From Candidatus Dojkabacteria bacterium (GTDB lineage: Bacteria > Patescibacteriota > Dojkabacteria > SC72): 64,000 nt of DNA. The notes below the pieces were generated by a model that saw nothing but the letters and a program-made list of their open reading frames with translations, was not told where the DNA came from and made no database searches. Shown here in pieces: positions 37,532-47,578 of the stretch (positions are counted from its first letter, which is position 1; each line of letters starts with the position of its first letter). Location: assembly GCA_016182915.1 (NCBI GenBank), contig JACPFP010000003.1, positions 187,685 through 251,684 of the forward strand, written 5' to 3'. The translations under genes and the position numbers were made by a program.

Positions 37532-38257
37532 TTGAATAAACAGACTTTAGAACGAGAACTTGCAGCAACAGCTCTGGTTGATGGCAAAGACATTCATGAT
37601 TACGATGGATTAACGATAGTATCAAATAACCAAGAGCGAGTTCCTATAACCCATCGAGTAGTTGAAGTTGGAGGCAGTTTAAAAGCAGGAAAAACAAGTC
37701 TTATTATGAGCGTTAGAACAAAATTCTACCCTGCTCTAAACTTCGTTCCAGAAGATCCAAAATCTGCAATTGAAAAGGCTGGTACTTCTCCCTACGCAGT
37801 TGAGATGACAGAACACTATAAAGATTTTCAAATATTAGAAGTTCTAAGTACAATCAGTGAAATCGATGAGCAAATACTTCCTCCTTCACCAGTTATCTGT
37901 GAGCGATCTTTGATTGATCATATAGTATGGAAAAGAACGTTAATGATACTTGGGCTAGCAGATTTCCCAGAAATGGGTTTAAACTTAGAGCATACATTAT
38001 CACTCTTACATCCCGACGAAGTTGATTGGTCCTTTATAATGCTTTTAAATCAGCCACAAACATATTTCCAGAGAGGTGGACACAGTTTTGATATTGAGTT
38101 TCTGGAGGCGTTGAATAAACAATATATGAGGTTAGCAGAGGAGATAAACGATACGAGACCAAAATTGAACTTCTTATGTCTTGACACTTCAGGAGAATTT
38201 GAACCCTATATTTCCACTTTTAAGAATGCTGTACAGATGCTCATTTTTAACCATTAA
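37532..38257 (+). CDS. deoxynucleoside kinase family protein
   Basis: GGSLKAGKTSL P-loop and CERSLIDHIVW (dNK ERS..D..F motif). True start may lie upstream of the first ATG. Confidence 0.55.
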   Translation: MNKQTLERELAATALVDGKDIHDYDGLTIVSNNQERVPITHRVVEVGGSLKAGKTSLIMSVRTKFYPALNFVPEDPKSAIEKAGTSPYAVEMTEHYKDFQILEVLSTISEIDEQILPPSPVICERSLIDHIVWKRTLMILGLADFPEMGLNLEHTLSLLHPDEVDWSFIMLLNQPQTYFQRGGHSFDIEFLEALNKQYMRLAEEINDTRPKLNFLCLDTSGEFEPYISTFKNAVQMLIFNH

Positions 38258-38322
38258 TATCGACTGTCTACACGGAGAAGGGGCAAGCTTCTTACGCTTG
38301 AGTAACTTCAAATTATTATCTT

Positions 38323-38754
38323 TTGTGCTATCATTACCCAATGAGAAATATACAGATTCATAAGGCTGCAGGAATAATAATAAAAGATAGAAGATTACTA
38401 ACTACTAGAGCCTTTGATAGCAATATATACATTGCTCCAGGAGGAAGTATTGAGGAGGGAGAAACAGGTGAAGAAGCATTGATTAGAGAGTTAAGCGAAG
38501 AACTCTCAATAACAGTTTCAACAGAAGACCTTACCTTCTTTGGAACTTTCTATGCAAATGCAGCTGACGATAAGGAAAAAATGTTACAGATGGATGTATA
38601 TACAGTTCAGAAATGGGAAGGAGAACTAAAACCAACAAGCGAAGTTAAAGAATTGAAATGGATTAGCTCAGAAGATTTGAAAACAACAAATGTAAGTTCA
38701 ATTTTTGCACATGAGGTTGTTCCAAGACTTAAAAGGATGGGAATAATAGATTAG
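38323..38754 (+). CDS. Nudix hydrolase
   Basis: Nudix box GGSIEEGETGEEALIRELSEELSI. Confidence 0.75.
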   Translation: MCYHYPMRNIQIHKAAGIIIKDRRLLTTRAFDSNIYIAPGGSIEEGETGEEALIRELSEELSITVSTEDLTFFGTFYANAADDKEKMLQMDVYTVQKWEGELKPTSEVKELKWISSEDLKTTNVSSIFAHEVVPRLKRMGIID

Positions 38755-38803
38755 CCTGTTCCTTTTTTTGCTATACTAAAATATAACTTTACTACCTAGT
38801 AAA

Positions 38804-40072
38804 TTGAACAATATTCTTTTAGCACTTAAACCCTTCATACTTAAGTACAAAATCCCCCTAATTATTCTTTCCACCTTCCTCCTAACATCAACTCTTTTTC
38901 TCATTTTCAAGCCTGAAGAAAAGATAAAAGAGACTATTGATAAGGGTGGTGAACTCATAGAGAATATAACTGAAGAGAATGATTCGGAAACAGGCAAAGG
39001 ATCAGATAGAGAATCCATATGGCAGAAAGATTGCGAATCAGATGAAAGAGTATCAATGAAAAACCTCCCTATGAACCTAAGTGATGTAGGAACAATCATA
39101 CCCCAAGGAATGGTGGTGGGAGGTCATGTAACTCCAATAGATCACCTATACTTCTCCCCCATTATATTTAATTCACCAAGAGATAAATATCCTGTGTTTG
39201 CTATGGCCGATGGATATATAGTTGAGATAGGGACAAGGGAGATGGTTGTGGGAACAAAAGAGAAGAGAGCTATTGAATATAGGATAATAATGCAACACTC
39301 ATGCCAAACCATCAGTTACTTTGACCTTGTTACAAGTCTAGATGATTCTATCCTTTCTCAAGTTCCTAATATAGATACCACAAAGTTTGCCTCTGATATT
39401 CGAATACCTATTAAAGCAGGACAGGAGATTGGAAGAATAGGTGGACAAACTCTTGATACAGCAATATATAACATGGACCTCACCCTTCCAGGGCTTTTAA
39501 CTCCCTCAATGTATGGAAGTGAATTCTGGAAGGTACATACTGACGACTTCATTACATACTTCCCAGAGAATCTTCAGAAGGAGATGAATAGTATAAACTT
39601 GAGGAAGTTCAAACCGTATTCAGGAAAGATAGATTACGACATTCCAGGAAAATTAGTAGGGAGTTGGTTTGAAAAGGGAACAAACGGGTATGGAGGCATT
39701 CAGGGTGAAGGATATAATGCATACTGGTCAGGTCACCTACATATTGGTTTTGATGCAATTATGCCTGAAAATATATGGATTTCCATTGGAGACTTCGCCG
39801 GAAGCGCAAGACATTTCTATGTAAAGGGAAATACTCCTAATCCGGAAAAAGTTGGTGTATCAGATGGTATTGTAAAATATCAATTGATTGAGCCTGCTAA
39901 TTTTATGTCACTGGAACAAGTTGCAAACTATAAAAGGAGTGAGGGACAGGTTCTTGGAGTTATACTCTTACAAGTTCTTCCAGATGAGGAATTAAAAGTT
40001 GAGATATTTCCAAATAAAGTGGGGAGTGCCGTTAGCGGGTTTACAAGCAAAGCGAAAGTGTATGAAAGATAG
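38804..40072 (+). CDS. membrane-anchored extracellular hypothetical protein
   Basis: N-terminal TM, then 390-aa domain of unknown function. Confidence 0.4.
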   Translation: MNNILLALKPFILKYKIPLIILSTFLLTSTLFLIFKPEEKIKETIDKGGELIENITEENDSETGKGSDRESIWQKDCESDERVSMKNLPMNLSDVGTIIPQGMVVGGHVTPIDHLYFSPIIFNSPRDKYPVFAMADGYIVEIGTREMVVGTKEKRAIEYRIIMQHSCQTISYFDLVTSLDDSILSQVPNIDTTKFASDIRIPIKAGQEIGRIGGQTLDTAIYNMDLTLPGLLTPSMYGSEFWKVHTDDFITYFPENLQKEMNSINLRKFKPYSGKIDYDIPGKLVGSWFEKGTNGYGGIQGEGYNAYWSGHLHIGFDAIMPENIWISIGDFAGSARHFYVKGNTPNPEKVGVSDGIVKYQLIEPANFMSLEQVANYKRSEGQVLGVILLQVLPDEELKVEIFPNKVGSAVSGFTSKAKVYER

Positions 40073-40102
40073 GGAGGTAAATTATTATATTTTAAAACAA
40101 AT

Positions 40103-40576
40103 ATGAAAAACAAAAACCTTATCACAATAATAAGTATCATTGTTACTCTAATACTTCTTGTTTCGGGATACTTTCTATATAGAAGTTATAGATCTCAGAA
40201 ATTTGATACAGACCAATCATCAACTGGGGTATCAGTACAGGTTTCAGATATAAGTAGTAAAGGGATTAAGTATATTGTTGTTAATGGTACAGATAAAAAT
40301 ATATATGTAACTTCAAAGTCATGTGCCGGTCCATCCGCTACAGTTGAGAGAAAGGAAGGAGATTGGTCAAACTATACCCTTTCAGAATTTGTATGCCTGC
40401 TAATGCCTGGACTAATGGAAATTAAATCTGGTGATACATACGAATCTACTATTGATTTAACATCACCACTTCCCGTTGGAGAGTATAGATTGGTACTTAA
40501 CTATGGAGATAAAGGGGAAAACGACTATCAGATGTTAGATCCACAGACAGTATATTCTAAGACCTTTAGAAGATAA
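40103..40576 (+). CDS. small membrane-anchored hypothetical protein
   Basis: N-terminal TM then 130-aa domain. Confidence 0.35.
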   Translation: MKNKNLITIISIIVTLILLVSGYFLYRSYRSQKFDTDQSSTGVSVQVSDISSKGIKYIVVNGTDKNIYVTSKSCAGPSATVERKEGDWSNYTLSEFVCLLMPGLMEIKSGDTYESTIDLTSPLPVGEYRLVLNYGDKGENDYQMLDPQTVYSKTFRR

Positions 40577-40622
40577 CTTCTGAAATAAGTTCTGGCGCTT
40601 TTCCCAATAGATACAGGAAAGA

Positions 40623-41105
40623 TTAAAATATTTCGTTTAAGTCGTATCCTAAATCGAACGCAGGGAAGTCTATAATCGCAAACACACAACCCTCCTCTCC
40701 TGCTTTGAATGAACATATATCCTGATTCCCAACCACCATGAGCTCACTTTCAGGGGTATACTCTTTCATTTCACCATCTCGCACACACCTTAAGGAACCT
40801 GCCATAACTTTGTATATCCTCTTTGCATTAGATACTCCATTTACATTTCTAATATATGGTCGGTGAAATGCATCAGCCTCCATTACACCGAAAGCAACTG
40901 AATGTGAGAGGTCTTCTAAACCATATTCTGCTTCAAGGATGGAAATAAATTCGGCTAAATAGATATCGGGCACAACGTTTTTTAAAATAAGTCCCCAGGG
41001 AGTAATGTGCCTTTCTTCGGCATAGCGATTACACAATCCATAAAAGTCTAATACCTCTGCTGACATTTTTAACCCTACAAGGTCTTTTTCTAGATTTGAA
41101 TACAT
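40623..41105 (-). CDS. hypothetical protein
   Basis: 160-aa ORF, no motif. Confidence 0.3.
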   Translation of the reverse strand: MYSNLEKDLVGLKMSAEVLDFYGLCNRYAEERHITPWGLILKNVVPDIYLAEFISILEAEYGLEDLSHSVAFGVMEADAFHRPYIRNVNGVSNAKRIYKVMAGSLRCVRDGEMKEYTPESELMVVGNQDICSFKAGEEGCVFAIIDFPAFDLGYDLNEIF

Positions 41106-41180
41106 GAGTAATTATACCAATACTATAAGCTATCTGCACTATATTACTCCATAATTCAAAGTGCTTAGCTGTTAGGCAAT

Positions 41181-42341
41181 CTACCCTATATCCTCCATCT
41201 TCTCTATCTTTCTTGCTAACCTAACAATTCTGTCTCTCCAGTTCTGAGCGGTCAAAAGAGAATTCACCCTCGCATCAATTATTCCATCAGTAACTTTTCC
41301 ACTCTTGTCCCTATGCTGAACACAGATATATTCATTATCCCAAATACCAAAGTCCTCTTCACATCGAATCGTTTTGAAGTCCTCATAATCTATAAGATAG
41401 ACTGTTATCTTTCCCTTCAAATCCAATTCAATCTGTTTCCTCAAGACAGGTCTTTCAAGGTCTTTTGGATTAACAATTATAAAGACACGGGATAAATCTA
41501 GCCCCTTTTTCGCTAATGCTCTACCTCCCTCAAAATATTCATCCTCAGGATTCCATTTATCTGCATTTGACATAAATGTTGCAAAGCCTCCTTTAGTAAG
41601 ATTCATGAAATGAAAAGTCCCTTCATCATTTAGCTGTTCGGGCGTCATCTCTATAAACTTACTGCCTGGGTGTCTTAGACTCTGGACGGTATCTTCAACC
41701 TTTTGCCTGTATGCATATTTCTGGTAAAGGCTCAGGTCAAGCCTTGTAACACACAATTCATAAACAAGTGGAAATTCATTCATATTAACCTCAGCATTTA
41801 AATGCCCTGCTTTCCTAACCATAATATGTGAACTTCCCATTACTTTGGCAAAGTGCAAAGCACGGTGTGGTTCTATATACGGATCTGTGTCAGAGTATAG
41901 GACATAGGAGACTGGGATATATTTCTGTAGAGTATCGTAATCAAAATCTGTTTTATAGAACGTTGAATTTACCTTATCATATTTCCAATCTGCCTTTGGA
42001 AGCCTATCTAGGCATGGAGATACAAAGATTGCACAATCAACTTTTATACGGTATTTCTCAATTACATGAAGGATGAATACATTACCAAGTGAGTGCCCTA
42101 TAAAGCAAATCTTCTCTCTTCCTTTAAGATTGGGTAGAACTTGTGCCTCAAAGGTTTTCATCCAGGAATCGAGATTTTGAACTGTGGGAGCATTAGGATC
42201 TTTTGAAAGATGTTCTTCATCATCAATTGGGTATTGTGGGCAGTATACTGTTTGCCCCATATATTCTAATTTTGATTTGAGATTTGGAAACCAGTTTCCA
42301 TTTGAAGATCCAAAAGATCCGTGAAAAATAACGAATTTCAT
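41181..42341 (-). CDS. alpha/beta-hydrolase (YdeN/RBBP9-like serine hydrolase N-domain) with C-terminal domain of unknown function
   Basis: MKFVIFHGSFGSSNGNWFP and GHSLGN nucleophile elbow in the first ~190 aa. ~200-aa C-terminal extension unassigned. Confidence 0.55.
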   Translation of the reverse strand: MKFVIFHGSFGSSNGNWFPNLKSKLEYMGQTVYCPQYPIDDEEHLSKDPNAPTVQNLDSWMKTFEAQVLPNLKGREKICFIGHSLGNVFILHVIEKYRIKVDCAIFVSPCLDRLPKADWKYDKVNSTFYKTDFDYDTLQKYIPVSYVLYSDTDPYIEPHRALHFAKVMGSSHIMVRKAGHLNAEVNMNEFPLVYELCVTRLDLSLYQKYAYRQKVEDTVQSLRHPGSKFIEMTPEQLNDEGTFHFMNLTKGGFATFMSNADKWNPEDEYFEGGRALAKKGLDLSRVFIIVNPKDLERPVLRKQIELDLKGKITVYLIDYEDFKTIRCEEDFGIWDNEYICVQHRDKSGKVTDGIIDARVNSLLTAQNWRDRIVRLARKIEKMEDIG

Positions 42342-42566
42342 AATTACATCTGTAATATTTTAATTGTTATTTCTGTCACAAATCTTGTTAAACAGAGGCA
42401 TTATAGCATATTTATAGGACATTAAGAAAAGGGGTATTACTTTGAGGTTTTTGAAATTAATATGAAGATATTGCTATCATTCTAATTTCAGGTGAGGAGT
42501 TTTAGCTCCTGAATCTTTCGATTCTCCCTCCGGATGATTTCTCACCCTACCTTTTTTGGAAAGAAA

Positions 42567-42644
42567 TTACTTCTTTCCTACTTTCTTACGGGTGCGGCGT
42601 TTCTTTTTTGCCTTTTTCTTACTCTTTTCGGACTTTTCAGCCAT
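42567..42644 (-). CDS. candidate tiny lysine/arginine-rich sORF (25 aa)
   Basis: aaaggagaattccgATG (good SD) followed by MAEKSEKSKKKAKKKRRTRKKVGKK, stop at 42567. A second basic sORF lies upstream (42677..42733: MKEVSAVGKKRRKKKGNK, or a GTG start with a perfect GGAGGTGA SD). Confidence 0.2.
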   Translation of the reverse strand: MAEKSEKSKKKAKKKRRTRKKVGKK

Positions 42645-42835
42645 CGGAATTCTCCTTTCTTTGGAATTTCGAAACACTATTTGTTCCCTTTCTTCTTCCT
42701 GCGCTTCTTGCCCACAGCACTCACCTCCTTCATAAAAAAGCATCTAATTATAGGCCTCGTTCCATCACTTGGGAAGAGTAGAGGAGAAAGGGGTAACGTT
42801 ATTAATTACCAATATCCATATTCTAATACTTGTTG

Positions 42836-42868
42836 TCTAAAACAAGAGGCCCGTCAAAGACGGACCTC
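42836..42868 (-). terminator. intrinsic terminator of the M20 dipeptidase gene
   Basis: Hairpin gaggcccgtc-aaa-gacggacctc (42846-42868), which on the minus strand is followed by cttgtttt. Confidence 0.45.
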
Positions 42869-42896
42869 TATTTGAGAACGATACTTGGTATCTCTC

Positions 42897-44228
42897 TTAC
42901 TTACTAAAGAATCTCTCACTGAACTTTAGACCCTTCTCCAAAAGATCTAATCTGAAATTTTCATTAGCACCGTGCATATTACAATCTTCATTGGCAAGAC
43001 CAACTGAAACCGTATCAATACCGAAAAGCTCTTTTACTTTCGCGATTAGAGGGATTGCACCTCCAACGTTATATGTGAAGACCTCAGTACCGTATGACTC
43101 TTTAAGAAGCTCTCTAACCTCTCTAAATATCTCAGCACCGGTATCAAGTTTAACAGGAGGATGCTTTCCAGAGACCTCCATCTCATACTCAACATAATCA
43201 GGAGTATTTGCATCAACAAATTCTGTTATCGCCTTAACTACCTCATCTGTATCCTGCATAGGTGCTGTTCGAAGGTTGATCTTTGCCTCTGCTATAGCTG
43301 GAACAATATTTGAATATCCGTTACCAATATACCCAGACTTCAATCCTGTAACCTGCATTGTTGGTCTTAGGCCTGTCTGTGTATAGAAATCATATTGGTT
43401 ATTCTCAGTTCGAAGAGCTTTATAACCAGGATGAGCGAGTGCATCCTTCTGCCCAATCTCAGCAAGTCTTCGGTTGTTCTCCAACTCTTCTGGAGTAGCT
43501 TCAAGGACTCCCTTATAGAAGTCAGGGAATGTAACCACATTATTTTCATCATAGACCTTGGCAAGAAGCTTGGAGAGTTCGTATGCTGCATTTGGAACCG
43601 CTCCTCCATACAAACCAGAGTGGGTATTGTTATTTGCAACCTTATAACGGATTGTAATACTGCAACCCCCTCTATATGAAGACTCAATGGCGACCTGGCC
43701 ACCAACTAGCTCTCCGTCCGAGACAAGAACATAATCAGATCTAAGAAGGTCTACATTCTCTTCCATCAGGGTACCTATATCATCTATATTTCCAGTCTCT
43801 TCATTACCTTCTATAAGGAATTTTACATTGTATTTAAGCTTGTTTGCTTTAATGAGTTCAAGGACTGAAAAAATATGGATAAGATTCTCTCCCTTGTTAT
43901 CTACAATACCTCTAGCATATAGTCTTCCATTATCTTCTGTAAGTTCGAAAGGTTCGCTATTCCATCCTGCTTCTTTCTCTGCAGGCTGAACATCGTAGTG
44001 GCCGTAAACAAGTACTGTCTTAGTTGCCCCTTCAGCCTTATACTCTGCAAATACAACAGGATTGAGTGTTCCATATGTAAGGAACTGTGTCTGGAACTTA
44101 TACTCTTCAAAGAGTTTTCTTAACCACTCTGCGGTCTGTAATACCCCTTCCTTTTTATCAGGATCAGTGGAGATACTTTGAAAGGAGACATACTCTTTGA
44201 GCAGCTCTTTATACTTCTCTATATTCAT
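42897..44228 (-). CDS. M20 family dipeptidase
   Basis: Full-length M20 pattern: GHYDVQP, GIVDNKG, EGNEETG, and a C-terminal dimerisation domain. Confidence 0.8.
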   Translation of the reverse strand: MNIEKYKELLKEYVSFQSISTDPDKKEGVLQTAEWLRKLFEEYKFQTQFLTYGTLNPVVFAEYKAEGATKTVLVYGHYDVQPAEKEAGWNSEPFELTEDNGRLYARGIVDNKGENLIHIFSVLELIKANKLKYNVKFLIEGNEETGNIDDIGTLMEENVDLLRSDYVLVSDGELVGGQVAIESSYRGGCSITIRYKVANNNTHSGLYGGAVPNAAYELSKLLAKVYDENNVVTFPDFYKGVLEATPEELENNRRLAEIGQKDALAHPGYKALRTENNQYDFYTQTGLRPTMQVTGLKSGYIGNGYSNIVPAIAEAKINLRTAPMQDTDEVVKAITEFVDANTPDYVEYEMEVSGKHPPVKLDTGAEIFREVRELLKESYGTEVFTYNVGGAIPLIAKVKELFGIDTVSVGLANEDCNMHGANENFRLDLLEKGLKFSERFFSK

Positions 44229-44280
44229 AAAAATAAAAGATAAATTTAATTATTATATTAAATACATAAACACGATATAC

Positions 44281-46062
44281 TTATTCTATCACGAAGCTCT
44301 CCGCCAGTATCCTATCTTTAACCAGTGAGTTGAACCTCTTCTTTATCATCTTTGAATTACAGTATTCATTAAGGTAGTACATACCAACCAACCAGTTATA
44401 ACGGACTTTTTCAAAAGCATGATTCAGACTTTTATACTTAAACTTTATATTCTCACCTTTAAGGCTAAACAACGGAATCTTTTTAGACATATCTTTCATG
44501 CCAAATCTAAACTCTCCACTCGAATCGAAGAAGAGAGCCACGGTTCTATATGAAGAGCTATTGAATCCTGATGTTGCTTTAAGACCATAACCAAGATGAA
44601 ATGGAACACCATCAGAGTTAAGAACAGATATCATCCTAATATGACCATAGTATGGCAAGCCATCAATCTCTAGCATAAGATTGTCAACATACTCCTGTAG
44701 TATTGGAGAATTATACTGTGCGAGAAGTTCTGGCGTTATATCTACAGTGGGCAATCTTAGAACCCCTTTGCCTCCTGTAGAACATAATCCCCCTTCTTTC
44801 AAAACAACCTCCTTTCCTAGATCTGTTTCTTGAACCTTCTCATTCTCGCTCACAAATGTAGTCTTTGGATACTCAATTCCTAGATTATGAAGCTCCTCCA
44901 TGCTCTCATATATTTTAAAAAAAGAACCTTTCGCATTAATAGCGTTCGAGAGATACATCACCCTCTCAGACTTATTCCTAAGATCAAAGGTCTTTTGGTT
45001 GCTATGCTCCCATAGATAGGCATACTGATCGAAGGACTTTGTAAGGAGCTCTTTTACAGAATATATACCATCAAGTTCGTCTACTATACTTTTACTTAAC
45101 ATGAACTTGGCTTTATGTTTCCACTTAGGACTGTACTCAATTCGAGGGTACTTTCTATCTTCCAATTCAACAGTATTTAAACCTCCTTTCACTTTGTATT
45201 TTCCATGAATCAAAAGTCTATACAACGTATTACGCTTCTCTTTCCCAAGAAGGGCAGAGAGGGATGCTAATGGAACTACTGCAAAGAGACTACTATTGTG
45301 ATGGAGGTCATTTAAAACTCTCACCTCGACCTTTGGAAAGCTCTTTTCTGTAAGGTACTTGATTGCATATCCAAAATCACCTTCAAACTCTACTTTGAAA
45401 GAGGCATACACTCCTGCTTTAGGGATATCTAGATTTGTCATTGCGTTTTCTATAAAATCACATACCCCACTGAGCAATGGGACCTTAAATCCAGAGATAT
45501 TTGTATTACGACTTACGTTAAGGTATAGCTCCTCAACCAGACTCACTCTATGTTTCGCCCACACCTCCGGAAGAAGAGCAGACCAAAGAGTTGGGATTTC
45601 AAAAACAGTTTTTGCAAACTTCGAATCGTTCTTATACTTAGAAGAGAACTTATCTCTCTTCTCCTTCATCTTCTCTAACGTATTCTTTATAGTTTCAAAT
45701 AGCTGGTCAATGTGAGATGTATCACCAAACATATTAAAATATCCACGATAGCTTTCGATAGCTAACTGTTCACACTCTGGCATTTTAAGAGATGGGAAGG
45801 ATTCCTTGAAAAGCTGGATTAAATTAAACTTAATTCCTTCTGGGAGATCTAAACTCATGGCTTTAACTTCTCTTTCCTTATATAAGGTATTAAGAATATT
45901 TCTAAGCAACCATGGAAACATCCCTGCAGAAAGGACATTAGGGTCAATATGCCCTCCCTCAAGAGTTTTATAATCCATTACATGTTCAAACTCTGCCAGA
46001 TGTATATTTACGCTTTCTAATGATTCCAACTTAGAAAGAACTTTTTTCTCCTTCTCTATCAT
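44281..46062 (-). CDS. hypothetical protein (593 aa)
   Basis: Large ORF with no confident motif. C-terminal third has weak ATP-grasp-like character (GGKGV). Confidence 0.4.
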   Translation of the reverse strand: MIEKEKKVLSKLESLESVNIHLAEFEHVMDYKTLEGGHIDPNVLSAGMFPWLLRNILNTLYKEREVKAMSLDLPEGIKFNLIQLFKESFPSLKMPECEQLAIESYRGYFNMFGDTSHIDQLFETIKNTLEKMKEKRDKFSSKYKNDSKFAKTVFEIPTLWSALLPEVWAKHRVSLVEELYLNVSRNTNISGFKVPLLSGVCDFIENAMTNLDIPKAGVYASFKVEFEGDFGYAIKYLTEKSFPKVEVRVLNDLHHNSSLFAVVPLASLSALLGKEKRNTLYRLLIHGKYKVKGGLNTVELEDRKYPRIEYSPKWKHKAKFMLSKSIVDELDGIYSVKELLTKSFDQYAYLWEHSNQKTFDLRNKSERVMYLSNAINAKGSFFKIYESMEELHNLGIEYPKTTFVSENEKVQETDLGKEVVLKEGGLCSTGGKGVLRLPTVDITPELLAQYNSPILQEYVDNLMLEIDGLPYYGHIRMISVLNSDGVPFHLGYGLKATSGFNSSSYRTVALFFDSSGEFRFGMKDMSKKIPLFSLKGENIKFKYKSLNHAFEKVRYNWLVGMYYLNEYCNSKMIKKRFNSLVKDRILAESFVIE

Positions 46063-46889
46063 TTTAGTTTATAAAATAATTTAGCATTCTTATAGAAAAC
46101 ATTATCTTTAATCTCAGACTGTAAACAGTTATCTAGAATTCTGATAGTGTCATCATAGCTACCTGAGAGTTTGCATACTGGCCAATCAGATCCCCAGACA
46201 ATCCTATCCGGTCCAAAGTACTCCAGTACTGTTTCAAGGTATGGCCTGAACATTTCGATATTCCATGAATTCCATTTGGCTTCTGTAAGAAGACCGGATA
46301 GCTTGCAGTATAGATTGGGAAATTTTGAGAGTTCAATAATCCCCCTTCTCCACTCTTCATCAAAAGCTTTCCCATCTCTAATTCTAGGTTTGGCACAGTG
46401 GTCTAACATAAGCCTCCCTTCACCAACAGACTTCAAAAATTCCAATGCTTTGGAAATCTGAGTCGGGTATATAAGGATTTCATATATATAATCCTTTTTA
46501 AGAATCTTTTTAACACCATCAACAAACTCACTATCTAACATTAGGTTACTATCAGGTTCGGTCTGTAGAATATGTCTAAACCCTTTTAAGAGAGGGGCAT
46601 CACGAAACTTTTCTAGATCAGTTTCTAAAATTTTAGATTTCAGATCTATCCAACCAATTACTCCAACAACATCACGACTCACTCGAGCAGCTTCAAGAAG
46701 AAAGTCCGTTTCCTGAGTAGTCTGCCTCGCTTGTACAAGAATCTTCGAGGTCACTTTCCCAACCTCACTCTCGCTGTTTAAGGCTCCAACCAGATGATCT
46801 TTCCTCAATGTTTCCATATTCTCATCAATCCATCCATACTCCTCTTCAGTATACTTCCAGATGTGTACGTGAGTATCTATATATTCCAT
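46059..46889 (-). CDS. amidohydrolase-2 family metal-dependent hydrolase (TIM barrel)
   Basis: YIDTHVHIW N-terminal metal-binding motif, HC and D near the C-terminus (WGSDWP). Confidence 0.7.
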   Translation of the reverse strand: MEYIDTHVHIWKYTEEEYGWIDENMETLRKDHLVGALNSESEVGKVTSKILVQARQTTQETDFLLEAARVSRDVVGVIGWIDLKSKILETDLEKFRDAPLLKGFRHILQTEPDSNLMLDSEFVDGVKKILKKDYIYEILIYPTQISKALEFLKSVGEGRLMLDHCAKPRIRDGKAFDEEWRRGIIELSKFPNLYCKLSGLLTEAKWNSWNIEMFRPYLETVLEYFGPDRIVWGSDWPVCKLSGSYDDTIRILDNCLQSEIKDNVFYKNAKLFYKLK

Positions 46890-47578
46890 TATTTATATCT
46901 CTTTAAATATTTTGATCCTAATTCATTCCAAAACATATATCGAAAGGTCTTTATGAAGTTCACAAGAGGTTGTCCCAGAAGCTTTCCACTTTCAGTTAAC
47001 ATTGTCTCATAGCTAGAAATCTGGAAGGTTAGTTGATCCAGAAGGGAGTGGGTGTTTGAAACCCTATCCCCCTGGTTCTCCTCATCATATGTTCCATGCT
47101 TTTTAAGAGTGAGAAGGTCAAGAGACAAATTAAGTTGACCTGCTTCAAGTGAGGATAGACTTCTCCATATCCCAACGGCTCCAAGAAGGTCAAGAGTGTC
47201 TGCATCTGTTACCACTTTTAACATTTTTGTTAATTTCGGTGCCCTGAACTTATTGTTGTGCCATTTAACTACATAAACGATTGCCTCAATTCTTTTCTCA
47301 GGGAGATCAGTTTTAGACCTTAGGAACTTTGAAACCATTCTCGAGCCAACCTCCCCATGTTCAGCTCTAGTACAAAGTCCTAAAGCTACATCGTGTAACA
47401 TAGCGGCAATTTCATAATCAACGGTTCTTTTAATCCCCTCCCGTTTACAGATCTCTTTAGTCCACTCAAGTGTTCGAAGGGCATGTGAGTAGTCATGCCC
47501 AGATTCACGACCCATATTCTTTCTACAAAATCTCTCTATTTTTCTTTTTAGTTCGTTATTCATATTCTTTTGAATCAT
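46889..47578 (-). CDS. HD-domain phosphohydrolase
   Basis: H...HD motif (SHALRTLEW... AAMLHDVALG). Confidence 0.65.
   Translation of the reverse strand: MIQKNMNNELKRKIERFCRKNMGRESGHDYSHALRTLEWTKEICKREGIKRTVDYEIAAMLHDVALGLCTRAEHGEVGSRMVSKFLRSKTDLPEKRIEAIVYVVKWHNNKFRAPKLTKMLKVVTDADTLDLLGAVGIWRSLSSLEAGQLNLSLDLLTLKKHGTYDEENQGDRVSNTHSLLDQLTFQISSYETMLTESGKLLGQPLVNFIKTFRYMFWNELGSKYLKRYK

Noticed and set aside
42534-42875. Plus-strand 113-aa ORF in the 42.3-42.9 kb gap
   Set aside because: Poly-Phe/Leu low-complexity translation of a pyrimidine-rich strand. The minus strand has far better coding signals (SD plus basic sORFs).
44281-46062. Calling the 593-aa protein an ATP-grasp ligase
   Set aside because: Only a weak GGKGV-type hint in the C-terminal third, with no clear ATP-grasp K/E/N motifs visible by eye. 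Left as hypothetical.
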